Below are positions 48,501-58,209 of a DNA stretch of 64,000 bases, in pieces. Location: assembly GCA_026936335.1 (NCBI GenBank), contig JAPMXV010000020.1:186001-250000 (forward strand), given 5' to 3'. The position numbers and the translations under genes are program-made. Origin of the DNA: Mantamonas sphyraenae STR306. Taxonomy: Eukaryota > Protista > CRuMs. The notes below the pieces were generated by a model, which saw only the letters and a list, made by a program, of their open reading frames with translations, did not search any database and had not been told where the DNA came from. How positions within the stretch are numbered: position 1 is the first letter of the stretch; each line of letters begins with the position of its first letter.

Positions 48501-50551
48501 ACTCGCTGGAGAAGGAGCGCAAGAAGGCCAAGGTTGTGTATCGGGAGACGATTATGGCGCGCACTGTGTCTCTGCTGGACACGCTTGCTCGCAAAGCCGG
48601 GCTGGCTGCGCTGGAAAACATCGAGATGGGAGAGGAGGCTGTGGAGGAGATGCGTGTGGAGGTGGCCGGGATCGTGGAGGGGCTGTTTGAGGAAGTGGGT
48701 GCAGAGTACCTGCGTGCGCGCAGCGACGGATACGGTTGGCTGTATGCGCTGTACCGTCTGGAAGCGGACCAACAACAGACGCTGGGCCGTCAGCTGGCCG
48801 GTGTGCTTGCGTCGTTGCCTGTGTTGGGGGAGCGCATTGCGGATTTGGTTGAGCGGGACGTGTGCGACCCATCGGACGTGCTGTGGGCGTTGCTTGGCGA
48901 AACGTGGCACGCAAGCATGAGTGTGCCGTTTGACGAAGAGACGGGCTACATCGAGAGCGGGTTTGTGCTGCCTGTGCTGACGCACGATCGTTTGTGGAGC
49001 GGAGTGGAGAGCGTGGTGGAGATGGTTGCCGGGAAACTGTGCGGGATGGACTCGTTGGAGCCGACGCTGAAGCGATTCTGCAGGTACGTGGCGGGCGGAG
49101 CAGGTGCAGTGCAGCTGACGGAGCAGGACATCTTTTGGGAGGAGAGCGATGACTTTGTCGAGGACATGGAGCGGTGGTACACGAGGAAGTTTGCACACGG
49201 AGGAGTGAACGAGGAGATGCGAGAGACGATGCGTGGTCTGGCTGTGAGGAGGCAGGAACAGGTGCTGAGCGACCGAGATGAGATGGATGGGTGGGCAAAG
49301 GAGTACGGGGTGCGTGACCCGGAGGTGGGTGTGTGCCTGCACTATCTGGATGAGACGCTGAAGGGGATGTGGGGGCTGTGCAGCAAGGCGGAGCTGATCG
49401 AGTGGATTGCGGAGGATGCGCTTCATGCGCTGCAGACGCCGAGCAGCAACGGGCCGGGAGCGGTGGAGTATGCGCACGAGATGTGGAAGAGCATGGAGAG
49501 CGGGATGGCCGACTGGCTGCGTCGTGCAAACACACAGTTTTGGGAGGTTGCGTGCGCAGAGGTGGAGGCGAGGCTGCAGCAGCTGGGACAAGAGGTAACG
49601 CAGCTGTTGGCGGTGCAGGGGATCCGTGCGGAAGAGTTGCAACTCGAGAGGCTGATGCAAGGATGGCTGGGGCAGGCTGACCTGCGGGGACTGTGCGTGG
49701 CGATGCTACAGCGGTCGTCGTATGCGCTTGTGCAGCAGACGCTGTTGGGAAGCGGCCCGGCACTGGTGGGTGCGGTGAAGGCGACGCTGACGGCGCCGGC
49801 AGACGGGGAAGTGGACCAGAACATGGTGCAGCACGCGTGGGAGATGATCAAATCGAACAAGAAGGCGATGGGAGAGATGTTGATCAAGGGTAGCCGGGAA
49901 CTGCTGAGCAGGTACGCGGCGGAGAGCCAGGGGATGGTGCGTGGGATGGTTGCACAGAGCAAGCTGTCGATGCAAGCGGTGGCACAGATTCTGGGACCGG
50001 AAGCGAGTGGCCTGCTGGACGGCGTGCAGAGCAACCCGTATGTGAAGATGGTTGCGCGGCTGCTGGTGGACGTGAAGCGAAAGCTGGGCAATCCGCCGAT
50101 TGCAGATGCGCAGTTGCGGGTCAAGGTGGCGGAGGTTGTGTTTAAGCGGCTGCTGAAGCGTGTGGAGGAGATCTTTGGGGTCAGCCAGGGGCAGATCGTG
50201 AAGACGATGTTTGTGGCGCTGGGCACGCTGAGTGGGGTGTTTGTGTTTATCTTTTTCGGGATCTCTGCGGTGAGCGGGCCCGGGACGGTGTTTGCCGTGG
50301 TCAACACGGCCATTGTGGGTGTGGCAGGCTTTGCAAACAACATGAAGGACAAGAAGGGGGACGACGACCAGCTGACGGTGAGTGACGGGGATGTGCAGAG
50401 TGGTGGCGGTGGGGTTCTCATGCAGATGGTGCAGAATGCGATGGAGGGCTTGGTGGAGGAGGGAGGGGTGGTGTGGAATGGGATCGTCGATGAGATCTGC
50501 GCTGCGGTGAGGGAGGACGACGAGATGCGGGGGTTGTTGGGCGGAGTTTAG
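36562..50551 (+). CDS. Giant (~4600 aa) uncharacterised multi-pass membrane protein; intron 38322-38439; 5' end uncertain
   Basis: ORFs 36562-38325 and 38417-50551 join in frame through a GTAAGT...CAG intron (YG|YVP). The second exon is 12.1 kb. TM clusters lie near the N-terminus and at the C-terminus. Confidence 0.8.
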
Positions 50552-52602
50552 GGGTTTGGCTGAATGAAGGATAGGATGCGATGGATGAGCTCGTCTGGGA
50601 GGGTCATCCACAGGGCTGTGGGTGTGTAGGCGTCCATGGAGCCGACGGTGAACATGATGTCGCGCTCGGTGGTGTTGATGAGGAGGGCGAGTTCGATGGC
50701 GGCGTCGGTGGCGTCGTTGTGCACAAGCCAGTGCGTGGAGTGGGACCAGTGGTGGGATCGTGCGCAGGAGATGGCTTGTGGGGATGGGCGAGCTCCCCAT
50801 TCGCGCAAGAGATCGATCGCTGCGTTGCTGTGGTTGTCGACAGCTGCGTGCAATGGAGACGGATCAGTGCGCGCGTTTGCAGAGACGCCCCAGTCGTGGA
50901 GTGTGTGCATGGAGGATGTGTCGTTTCGGGAGCAGGCTTGCACAAAGAGAGTGGCTTGGGAGAGATTGCGCTGGACGAGCTGCTGGACATCGTCGTTGGC
51001 GATGCCCAAGAAAAGGCAGGTGCGGTTGGATTCAAGGGCTTGAAGCAGTTTCGCAATGCCTGGCTTGCCGATGTGTGCCCTGTGTCGGTCTAGACGCAGC
51101 TCCTGGAGCGTGGTGTTTGAGACAAGGACCGAGGCCCACGCTGCGGCCAGGTCGTTGTCGATGCGGACCCCTTGCAGGGCAAGAACTTCCAATGTTGTGT
51201 TTTGAGTGAGAGCATCGGCTATGGAGGAGACGCCATCAGCACCAAGGTCGTTCTCGTCCAACAAAAGCTTGCGCAAAGAGGTATTGTGAACGAGGGCCGC
51301 CGCCAGGGCCTGTGCGCCCATGTCGTGGATGTGGTTGCGGTCCAATCGGAGCGTGTGCAGGGTGTGGCGATGTTGGATGACGTGTGCAATGGCCTCTGCA
51401 CCGCAGGGAGAGAGATTTGTTTGGCCCATGTCGAGGATTCGTACGGAGTTGTTTTCGAGCAACCCGTCGGCCAGAGCGCACACATCGTCATCGTCGAGAG
51501 GGCAGTGGCGGAGATGTAGTGATGTGAGCGAGGTGACTTGCTTCAGCGCGGAAGCAAGCTGGAAGCAGAGAGTGCCGGAAATGGGGAGTCTGTTTGCAGC
51601 AAGGGAAGAGAGCGTGGAGCCAAGGAGCAGCGAGTGCAGTTGCGGCATCTCGATAGGGTTACCGCTTAACATGAGGCTCTTCAGCGTGGTGTTGTTCTCG
51701 AGAGCCGCTGCCAGTTGGGATTTGTCGTCGGAGAAGGAGTTCCAGCCCAGGTCGAGCTCGGTGAGGGAAGAGTTGTCCTGCAGGGCGTTCAAGATGAGCC
51801 CTGCGCCTTCACAAAGCTGATTGGCACTGAGGTGAAGGGTTTGAAGGGATGTGTTTTGGGTGAGGACCTGCGCAAAGGCTGGGGCGCATGTGGCGCCGGC
51901 TTCGTTGACGTTTAGATCCAATGAAAGGAGTGTGTGGTTGTGCGTGAGTGCGTCTGCAAGTGCCATTGCGCCTGTGGATTTGATGCGGTTGAGCTGGAGG
52001 TGGAGAGAGCGGAGAGTGTAGTTTTCGCGTAGGGCAGCGGCGAGAATGGTGGCCCCTTTGTCGCCGATGCCAAGAGAGGACAGGTAAAGGTGCCGGAGAG
52101 TGGTGTTTGCGGAAAGCTGGATGGCCCACGCCTGTGCGGCGGCTGTGCGACCGAGATTTGCGCCGAGATCGATCGTTTCCACAGACGGAGCGAGCAACGG
52201 GGCCAAAGCGGCGACTGTGTCTTCGGACAACATGTTGCTGCATAGGGAGATGTGGGTGATGGTGTGTTTGGATGTGGACAGGGCTTCGGCGAGACGGAGG
52301 ACGGCGTTGTCTCCCGGCGTTGTGCCGACAAGATCCAGGTGCTGGGGATGCAAGGTGAGATGTGAGAGAGGGGAAGGGGGAGGGGAAGGGGGAGGGGAAC
52401 GGCAGGGGTAGCGGGTTACCTTGTTTGTGGTGGACTCGAGGGCAGTGCGCAAGTCGGCAAGGCTCGTGTTGGGTTGCCCTAGCAAAGACTGAATGGAGTC
52501 CTGGAGGGACTTGGGGAGGGGGGGGTGGGGGGGTAAGGAGATGGGGAAATGGGGGGGGGGGGGGGGGCGGGGGGGGAGGGGAAGGGTGGGCAGACTGACC
52601 AT
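50548..52602 (-). CDS. RI-like (NLRC3-type) LRR plus ankyrin protein with a C-terminal F-box/SOCS-like helix (long paralogue); probably two 5' introns
   Basis: Many 28-aa LRRs ('NTTLRHLYLSSLGIGDKGATILAAAL'), 'SPLHAAV' and C-terminal 'LPDELIHRILSF'. Probable donors are ATG|GTCAGT and AAG|GTAACC. Confidence 0.82.
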   Translation of the reverse strand: MVSLPTLPLPPRPPPPPHFPISLPPHPPLPKSLQDSIQSLLGQPNTSLADLRTALESTTNKVTRYPCRSPPPSPPPSPLSHLTLHPQHLDLVGTTPGDNAVLRLAEALSTSKHTITHISLCSNMLSEDTVAALAPLLAPSVETIDLGANLGRTAAAQAWAIQLSANTTLRHLYLSSLGIGDKGATILAAALRENYTLRSLHLQLNRIKSTGAMALADALTHNHTLLSLDLNVNEAGATCAPAFAQVLTQNTSLQTLHLSANQLCEGAGLILNALQDNSSLTELDLGWNSFSDDKSQLAAALENNTTLKSLMLSGNPIEMPQLHSLLLGSTLSSLAANRLPISGTLCFQLASALKQVTSLTSLHLRHCPLDDDDVCALADGLLENNSVRILDMGQTNLSPCGAEAIAHVIQHRHTLHTLRLDRNHIHDMGAQALAAALVHNTSLRKLLLDENDLGADGVSSIADALTQNTTLEVLALQGVRIDNDLAAAWASVLVSNTTLQELRLDRHRAHIGKPGIAKLLQALESNRTCLFLGIANDDVQQLVQRNLSQATLFVQACSRNDTSSMHTLHDWGVSANARTDPSPLHAAVDNHSNAAIDLLREWGARPSPQAISCARSHHWSHSTHWLVHNDATDAAIELALLINTTERDIMFTVGSMDAYTPTALWMTLPDELIHRILSFIQPNP

Positions 52603-52752
52603 GGGTGGGGGGAGGTGGTGGTGTGGTTGGGGCAGCGGGTGGAGGCAGCGGGGTGATGAATGGCGTTGTTGGGAAATACGATGTGGCTTGTGGTGCTCTG
52701 TTGACACGTGTGGATGCAGGGTGACGGTGGTGGTGGTCGTGGGGGGTGCGCA

Positions 52753-55700
52753 ATGGGGTTCAAGAAAATTATGTGGGCGCGGCAGGTTGTTGGGGTGGTT
52801 GTCGTCGCTCTCGTGGTGTGTTGCGCACGCGTGTCGGCGTCGTGTGAGCAGGAGAAACAGATGGCGGCAGTCGCACGTGCCCTGGGCCTCCCGGCGCTCG
52901 CGGAAGGCACGTGCTTTTGCACGTTTGGGCCGTGGGAAACGACACTGGCCTGCTCGGGGAAGTACAACGCCTCAGACGCGTGTTGCGGTACCACCGAACC
53001 GTCATTGGCTATTACTCTACGCACAGTGAACATCAGCAAGTCGGGTATTGACGCGCTACAGGCTCTCCCGCGCGTGGAAACGCTCTCGTTGCTGGGCCGT
53101 TCCGTCAACGCACTCCCAGAGTGGCTTTGTGAGCTTGGCAACCTCACCACGCTGATAGTCCGAACCACAGACATCTCGTATATCGCGGATTGTGTCGGAA
53201 AGGACATGCCGCTTCTGTCAACACTCACTTTGTACGACGCAAGGCTGAGCACAATCCCAGAGCCGCTGACCAAAGCCAGCAAGCTGCAATCACTGGACAT
53301 GAGCTTCAATCAGCTCCAGAGTATTCCAGGCACCATTTCGGGGATGTCGTCTTTATCCAGCCTCGTTCTTTCCGAGAACCAGATCGACACTCTGCCGCTG
53401 TCGCTTCGAAATCTCACGTCGCTGACAAGCTTGTACGCGGACAACAACCATTTTACTATGGTGCCAAAGGTCATCTCCTATATGCCGTTTCTTCAGACGC
53501 TGGATTTCTCGACGAATCACATCACGTCACTGGAGAACTTGGCCGTCAATCCGGAAACATCCACACTGCGTTTGCCCTCCAACCAGCTGTCGAAGATTCC
53601 AGAGGTTCTGTGCACATGGTCCAAACTTCAATATTTGGACATCAGTCAGAATGCCATCCAGGATCTACCTTTATGTGCGAGCATGTGGTCGGCCATACAA
53701 ATCCTGAATCTCGACAGGAACAAGTTTGCTCGTGTGCCCGACGTCATGCGCACCCTACGCAATCTGACAGAGTTCAACATGGACACGAATTCTCTCCTGG
53801 AGCTTCCGACCTGGATAGGTGAATTCACAGAGTTGAAATCGCTGTCGGTCGTGGACAATCGAATCACCACTTTACCGGGCGAGTTTTCCGGGTTGAAGAA
53901 GCTACGCACGATTGCTGTGGCGAACAACAGACTTTTTGGCCTACCGGACTCGATTTGCATGTTGCCGAGTCTGTGGTCGATGGACGTGTCTCAGAACAGG
54001 CTCTCGTCCTGGCCAGCGCACTGCTTCGACCATACGCCCGTGCTGCAGTTCCTCATCGCGAACAACAACCATTTCACAGAGCTGCCTGCGAGCATGGCCA
54101 ACGCGAGCAGGCTCACAAGCATCACCTTCTCCCACAACCAGGCACGCGAGTTGCCCGAGTTTTTGGCGCAGCTGCCACTTTCGTACTTGGACGTCGGGTA
54201 CAACCAACTGCGCGAGCTTCCGCCTTGGCTCGCAAACTTGACATCCATGCAGTATCTGGACGTCTCATTCAACCCGATTGAGGGCGGTGTGCCCGAGTCG
54301 TGGGCTGCTCTGACACAGATCACGACCCTGGGGTTGTCGGGCCTCGGGTTGGAAGCATTGCCTGGTTTTGTGACAGAGCTATCCATCGTGAGAGAACTGT
54401 TTGTGTCATCCAACAGGTTGACCTCTCTGCCTGACCAGCTGGGTGACCTCGCACAGCTTTCCACCGTCGTCGCTGAAAACAACCGGCTGACCTCAATTCC
54501 CACGTCACTGGTCAATCTCAAGCTGCTGTTTCGTCTGGATGTGAGCAACAACTCGCTTTCGGCGTTGCCCAAGTTCACACTGCTGCAGTACCTCCTGTTC
54601 CTTGATTTGTCCCAGAACTGCTTTCGCGAGTTGCCCGCCGACCTCGGGGTGGTCATGCCCAATATGGACATGTTGGATGTGTCCAAGAACAAGCTGACTG
54701 TGCTCCCAGATTCGCTGTCAAGGATGTGGCGCCTGAAGAAGCTGATTGTCACCGACAACATGCTGAAGGATCTGCCAGATCTGTCCTCGCTGACCTTCCT
54801 GGATTCACTGTGGTTCAGCAACAACAATATCAAGGAACTCCCACGTCTCTCGACAGAATCTGTGCTCCAAGCGCTCTTTGCGTCGAACAATCAGCTGCAA
54901 GTGCTGCCAAACTCGCTTTGGACCGTCAAGGCGATCACCACGGTGCATCTGGACGGAAACGAGCTCACTGGACTTCCAGAACACATTGAGCGGGCAACCC
55001 AACTGCGTACCTTGCATGTACAGCGCAACAACTTGACAGCGCTGCCACCCGGATTGTGCAACGCCACAAACTTGGTGAACCTGGATGCATCGTTCAACAC
55101 GATTGCCGCGTTGCACGGTGATTGGTCATCCATGACCAAGCTGCAGCAGCTGGCGTTGAACAACAATGTGCTGGGCACAGACGTTGTGGCGCGTCTGATG
55201 CGCATTCCGTCGCTCATCTCGCTCGACCTGAGCCACAACAGGCTGCGTGGAGTCATGCCGGCACTTCCGGAACACAGTTTCCCGGCGCTCTCTTCTCTGG
55301 CCTTGAACGACAATGGGCTATCTGGGCCCGTACCGGGCGAGTGGCTGCAGCTGCCGTCGCTGCGGTCGCTGCAACTTGAGCGCAATCAGCTCAGCAGCGT
55401 CTTGGCAACTACTGTGTTTGTCTACAACGAATACGTGACACAGTCGCGTCTGGAGAGGCTGGTTATGCATCATAACGCGCTCACGGCGATGCCAGACGGC
55501 CTGCGGTCGTGGGAGACGCTCACTCACCTTGACCTCCATGCGAACCAGATTCGGGGCGCGGTTGACTTTTCAAGTTTGCCGCCCAATCTGGTGTACTTGG
55601 ATGCGTCGCAGAATGCAGTGAGCTCGGTGGCGCTGGATAGCGTGCTGGGCACACGCACGCTGGCGCTCGAGTTCATTGATTTGTCGCAAAACGAAAACAT

Positions 55701-57660
55701 GGTCGGCTCCGTTTCGGACGCCGAGTTTCCGTCGCTGGAGCAGTTTCTCGTGTACGACACGCGCGTGAGCGGAACGATGGACTCGTGGAAATCGGTCGGC
55801 CGACTTCAGCGCTTGGACATTCACAACACACACGTGTCTGGCGGCTTTCCACACACGTTTCGGGAGACCACAAACCTGTGGTATGTGGATGTTCGCAACA
55901 CGGACATGGACTTGTCGCGCGGGGAGACAAGCTTTCTGCAGGCGTCACCGACGCAGAGTATTGCGTTTGGCAACGTGTCATGCCCGGTGTTGCTGACGCA
56001 GAACAGGCCGCTGCACTTTTTCTACCTGCCGAGCAACTGGATCGAGCAGTGCCGGTGCGCAAATGGGTTCTTTGGGCGCAAGGAGCGTTGTTTGCCGTGT
56101 GCAGAAGACTTTGCCGACTGTCAATGCAAGCAAGGACGCATCCGTGGTTGCCGTGTGGTGGCTGCGCCCAATGCCACGCAAGACTTTCTGGCTGTGCTTC
56201 CATGCCCTGTGCCGGCAGCTTGCTCGGACATCCAGCAAGACAACACCCCTGGCGCGGTAGACCAGGCATTGGCATGTGGCCAGGGCTATGCCAACGGCTC
56301 TCGTCTGTGCAGCGAATGTGCACAGGGATTCTTCAAGTCGGGGCGCGTGTGTGAAGAGTGCCCAGGCCCGGTGGAGATTGCGCTCACGGTGCTGCTGTAC
56401 GCAGTCCTTCTCGGAATGTTTGGCATAACCGTGTATCAACGGAAACTGTACCGTGGTGGCGAAGAGGCGACGATGAAGATTGTGCTCTTCTTCTGGCAGA
56501 TCCTGGCCACAATCGAGCAGTCGTCGATCAGCTTGAAGACGGCATTGCACCGTGTGCACACACAGCAGCATGCGTCGTGGTTGCACGTGGTTGTCTCTCA
56601 AGCCATGGTACTTGTGCATCGCGTGGCTTCGAGCATCAACCTGTCCATCGCTGCGGTGCAATGTCTTTTTGCGCCTCCTGCAGGCTTCAGCGAGCGATGG
56701 GAGGCCGAGTTTTACACAAGCAACACCATGATTGTGCCTGTGGTTGTGATTGTGGGAGTTGGGTCCCTGTGTTGGAGAGCATGGCACCGATACAGGCGAC
56801 GTGGGCACCACTTGCTGCAAGAAGAGGACGAGGTTGTGGCCACGCGCCTGCAGACTCTGGCAGGCATGCTGCTGTTTGCACTTCATGTGGCCTATGGACC
56901 CATTTTGCTGCAGTCACTGAGCTTTTTGGCGTGCACAGACTCGATCACCGGAGTTGGGAACGAACAGGGATGGGTCTACCTCAACCAGTTTCCGTTCCTG
57001 TTGTGCCACGGCGGAGAATCGCGGGAACTACTGGGTGTGCAGAGCACCGCGTGGGTTTTGCTTGTTGTGGTGGGTCTGGGTCTGCCCTTGCTGGACGCGG
57101 TGGCCTTGTGGTGGATAGGGCGACAAGACGCAGCGGATGAACCGTGGGCGCAGACCGTGTTTGGCTTCCTCTACGCGTCGTACAAGCGCGACTATATGGC
57201 GTACGAACTGGTGGTCATGCTTCGGCGCGCTCTCGTGACCGTGCTCGTCACAGCCGTGCCGTTCTACGCGCAGCTGACCTTCTTTGTGCTGTTGTTCCTG
57301 GTGCTCGTTTCATCCACCTGGTTCCACTCGCGCTCCCAACCATTTGTTCGTGACTTGGACAACCGCATGGAAACCTTGAGTCTGTACACGCTGCAGACGG
57401 TGTTTGTGACGGGCGCTGCAGTGACATTGAGTCGCACACGGTTTGACAATGCCGCGGTGGACGTGCTCGCGCTGGGCGTGGTGTTGATAACAGCGGCGGT
57501 GGGGATGTTGCTGTTGGTGGCCATGGCATCCAAGGCAGTGTCGAAGGCTGGGGATCGTTTGGCCGGAGCTGCACGGACCGCCTGGAGGGGATTCCAGAGC
57601 GAGGGACGTGGACGCGGGGTGAAGATGGGGAATCTGAAAAACTCGTTGTTGGGGAGGTGA
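52753..57660 (+). CDS. Large LRR receptor-like protein: signal peptide, >30 LRRs, Cys-rich repeats, multi-TM C-terminal domain
   Basis: Intronless ORF with an LxxLxLxxNxL array, 'CRCANGFFG...C', 'CGQGY...LCSECAQGFFK' and a TM region 'FGFLYASYKRDYMAYELVVMLRR...QPF...DNRME'. Confidence 0.88.
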   Translation: MGFKKIMWARQVVGVVVVALVVCCARVSASCEQEKQMAAVARALGLPALAEGTCFCTFGPWETTLACSGKYNASDACCGTTEPSLAITLRTVNISKSGIDALQALPRVETLSLLGRSVNALPEWLCELGNLTTLIVRTTDISYIADCVGKDMPLLSTLTLYDARLSTIPEPLTKASKLQSLDMSFNQLQSIPGTISGMSSLSSLVLSENQIDTLPLSLRNLTSLTSLYADNNHFTMVPKVISYMPFLQTLDFSTNHITSLENLAVNPETSTLRLPSNQLSKIPEVLCTWSKLQYLDISQNAIQDLPLCASMWSAIQILNLDRNKFARVPDVMRTLRNLTEFNMDTNSLLELPTWIGEFTELKSLSVVDNRITTLPGEFSGLKKLRTIAVANNRLFGLPDSICMLPSLWSMDVSQNRLSSWPAHCFDHTPVLQFLIANNNHFTELPASMANASRLTSITFSHNQARELPEFLAQLPLSYLDVGYNQLRELPPWLANLTSMQYLDVSFNPIEGGVPESWAALTQITTLGLSGLGLEALPGFVTELSIVRELFVSSNRLTSLPDQLGDLAQLSTVVAENNRLTSIPTSLVNLKLLFRLDVSNNSLSALPKFTLLQYLLFLDLSQNCFRELPADLGVVMPNMDMLDVSKNKLTVLPDSLSRMWRLKKLIVTDNMLKDLPDLSSLTFLDSLWFSNNNIKELPRLSTESVLQALFASNNQLQVLPNSLWTVKAITTVHLDGNELTGLPEHIERATQLRTLHVQRNNLTALPPGLCNATNLVNLDASFNTIAALHGDWSSMTKLQQLALNNNVLGTDVVARLMRIPSLISLDLSHNRLRGVMPALPEHSFPALSSLALNDNGLSGPVPGEWLQLPSLRSLQLERNQLSSVLATTVFVYNEYVTQSRLERLVMHHNALTAMPDGLRSWETLTHLDLHANQIRGAVDFSSLPPNLVYLDASQNAVSSVALDSVLGTRTLALEFIDLSQNENMVGSVSDAEFPSLEQFLVYDTRVSGTMDSWKSVGRLQRLDIHNTHVSGGFPHTFRETTNLWYVDVRNTDMDLSRGETSFLQASPTQSIAFGNVSCPVLLTQNRPLHFFYLPSNWIEQCRCANGFFGRKERCLPCAEDFADCQCKQGRIRGCRVVAAPNATQDFLAVLPCPVPAACSDIQQDNTPGAVDQALACGQGYANGSRLCSECAQGFFKSGRVCEECPGPVEIALTVLLYAVLLGMFGITVYQRKLYRGGEEATMKIVLFFWQILATIEQSSISLKTALHRVHTQQHASWLHVVVSQAMVLVHRVASSINLSIAAVQCLFAPPAGFSERWEAEFYTSNTMIVPVVVIVGVGSLCWRAWHRYRRRGHHLLQEEDEVVATRLQTLAGMLLFALHVAYGPILLQSLSFLACTDSITGVGNEQGWVYLNQFPFLLCHGGESRELLGVQSTAWVLLVVVGLGLPLLDAVALWWIGRQDAADEPWAQTVFGFLYASYKRDYMAYELVVMLRRALVTVLVTAVPFYAQLTFFVLLFLVLVSSTWFHSRSQPFVRDLDNRMETLSLYTLQTVFVTGAAVTLSRTRFDNAAVDVLALGVVLITAAVGMLLLVAMASKAVSKAGDRLAGAARTAWRGFQSEGRGRGVKMGNLKNSLLGR

Positions 57661-57708
57661 GAGTGGAGTGGTTGGGTGAGGGTTCGGGTGCGGGAATGAA
57701 ACGGTTCA

Positions 57709-58165
57709 TTCATTCGAGGCGCTGGCGTTTGGAGGAGGAGGAGGAGGAGGAGGAGGAGGAAGGGGCTTTGCGCTTGGGCAGGGTGAAGGAGGGGATGGGG
57801 TAGGCGTTGACGAGTGCGGAGGTGGTCGGACGGGTGGTGGTGTGGGGTGTGATGCGGTCGATGAGGGTGTGGAGGAGGGTGTGCAGTGTGGCGTCGCTGG
57901 GTTTGGGGTTGTCGAGCCAGGCGATCTTGAGGGAGAGGGAGGTGACGCCGCGGGCGAGTGTGTTCTTGATGGTACCTTGCACCTGCTTGTAGGTGAGGCG
58001 TGGTCTGAGGAGGCGGAGAAAGAAGGCCAGGTCGACAGGCGGCACGCCAACGTTGCCCAGCGCCAGGATGATGTGTCGCACCAGGGAATTCAGGCTGCCG
58101 TTGTTGATCAGCTCACGCAGTGCCTGGTGCTCGTGTGAATGCTGATGGCGAGGGTGCATGGCTGC
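57709..58165. repeat. Direct repeat copy 1 (~450 bp); matches 62159-62606 and partly ~63400-63734
   Basis: Nucleotide similarity is visible from 'ttcattc(g/a)aggcg' through 'gctgatggcgagggtgc(a/t)tggctgc'. Confidence 0.92.
57710..58159 (-). CDS. Short single-domain copy of the repeat-domain gene at 62160-64000; intact small gene or 5'-truncated remnant
   Basis: Near-identical to the last ~150 aa of the 62160 ORF. It has ATG at 58159 where the other copies have AAG, and ends 'PKRKAPSSSSSSSSSKRQRLE'. Confidence 0.5.
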   Translation of the reverse strand: MHPRHQHSHEHQALRELINNGSLNSLVRHIILALGNVGVPPVDLAFFLRLLRPRLTYKQVQGTIKNTLARGVTSLSLKIAWLDNPKPSDATLHTLLHTLIDRITPHTTTRPTTSALVNAYPIPSFTLPKRKAPSSSSSSSSSSKRQRLE

Positions 58166-58209
58166 ACAAGGGCAGCACCCTTGCATCAGCTGAACAAATT
58201 GTCCCCATT

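Noticed and set aside
19906-50800. Many long antisense ORFs (e.g. 19906-21810, 25921-28092, 44056-46059, 47903-49660)
   Set aside because: These are shadow ORFs opposite well-supported genes in GC-rich DNA. They are His/Arg/Pro-rich and carry no recognisable motifs.
50548-52602. NLR immune receptor
   Set aside because: The LRRs are NLRC3-like, but no NACHT or NB-ARC P-loop is present.
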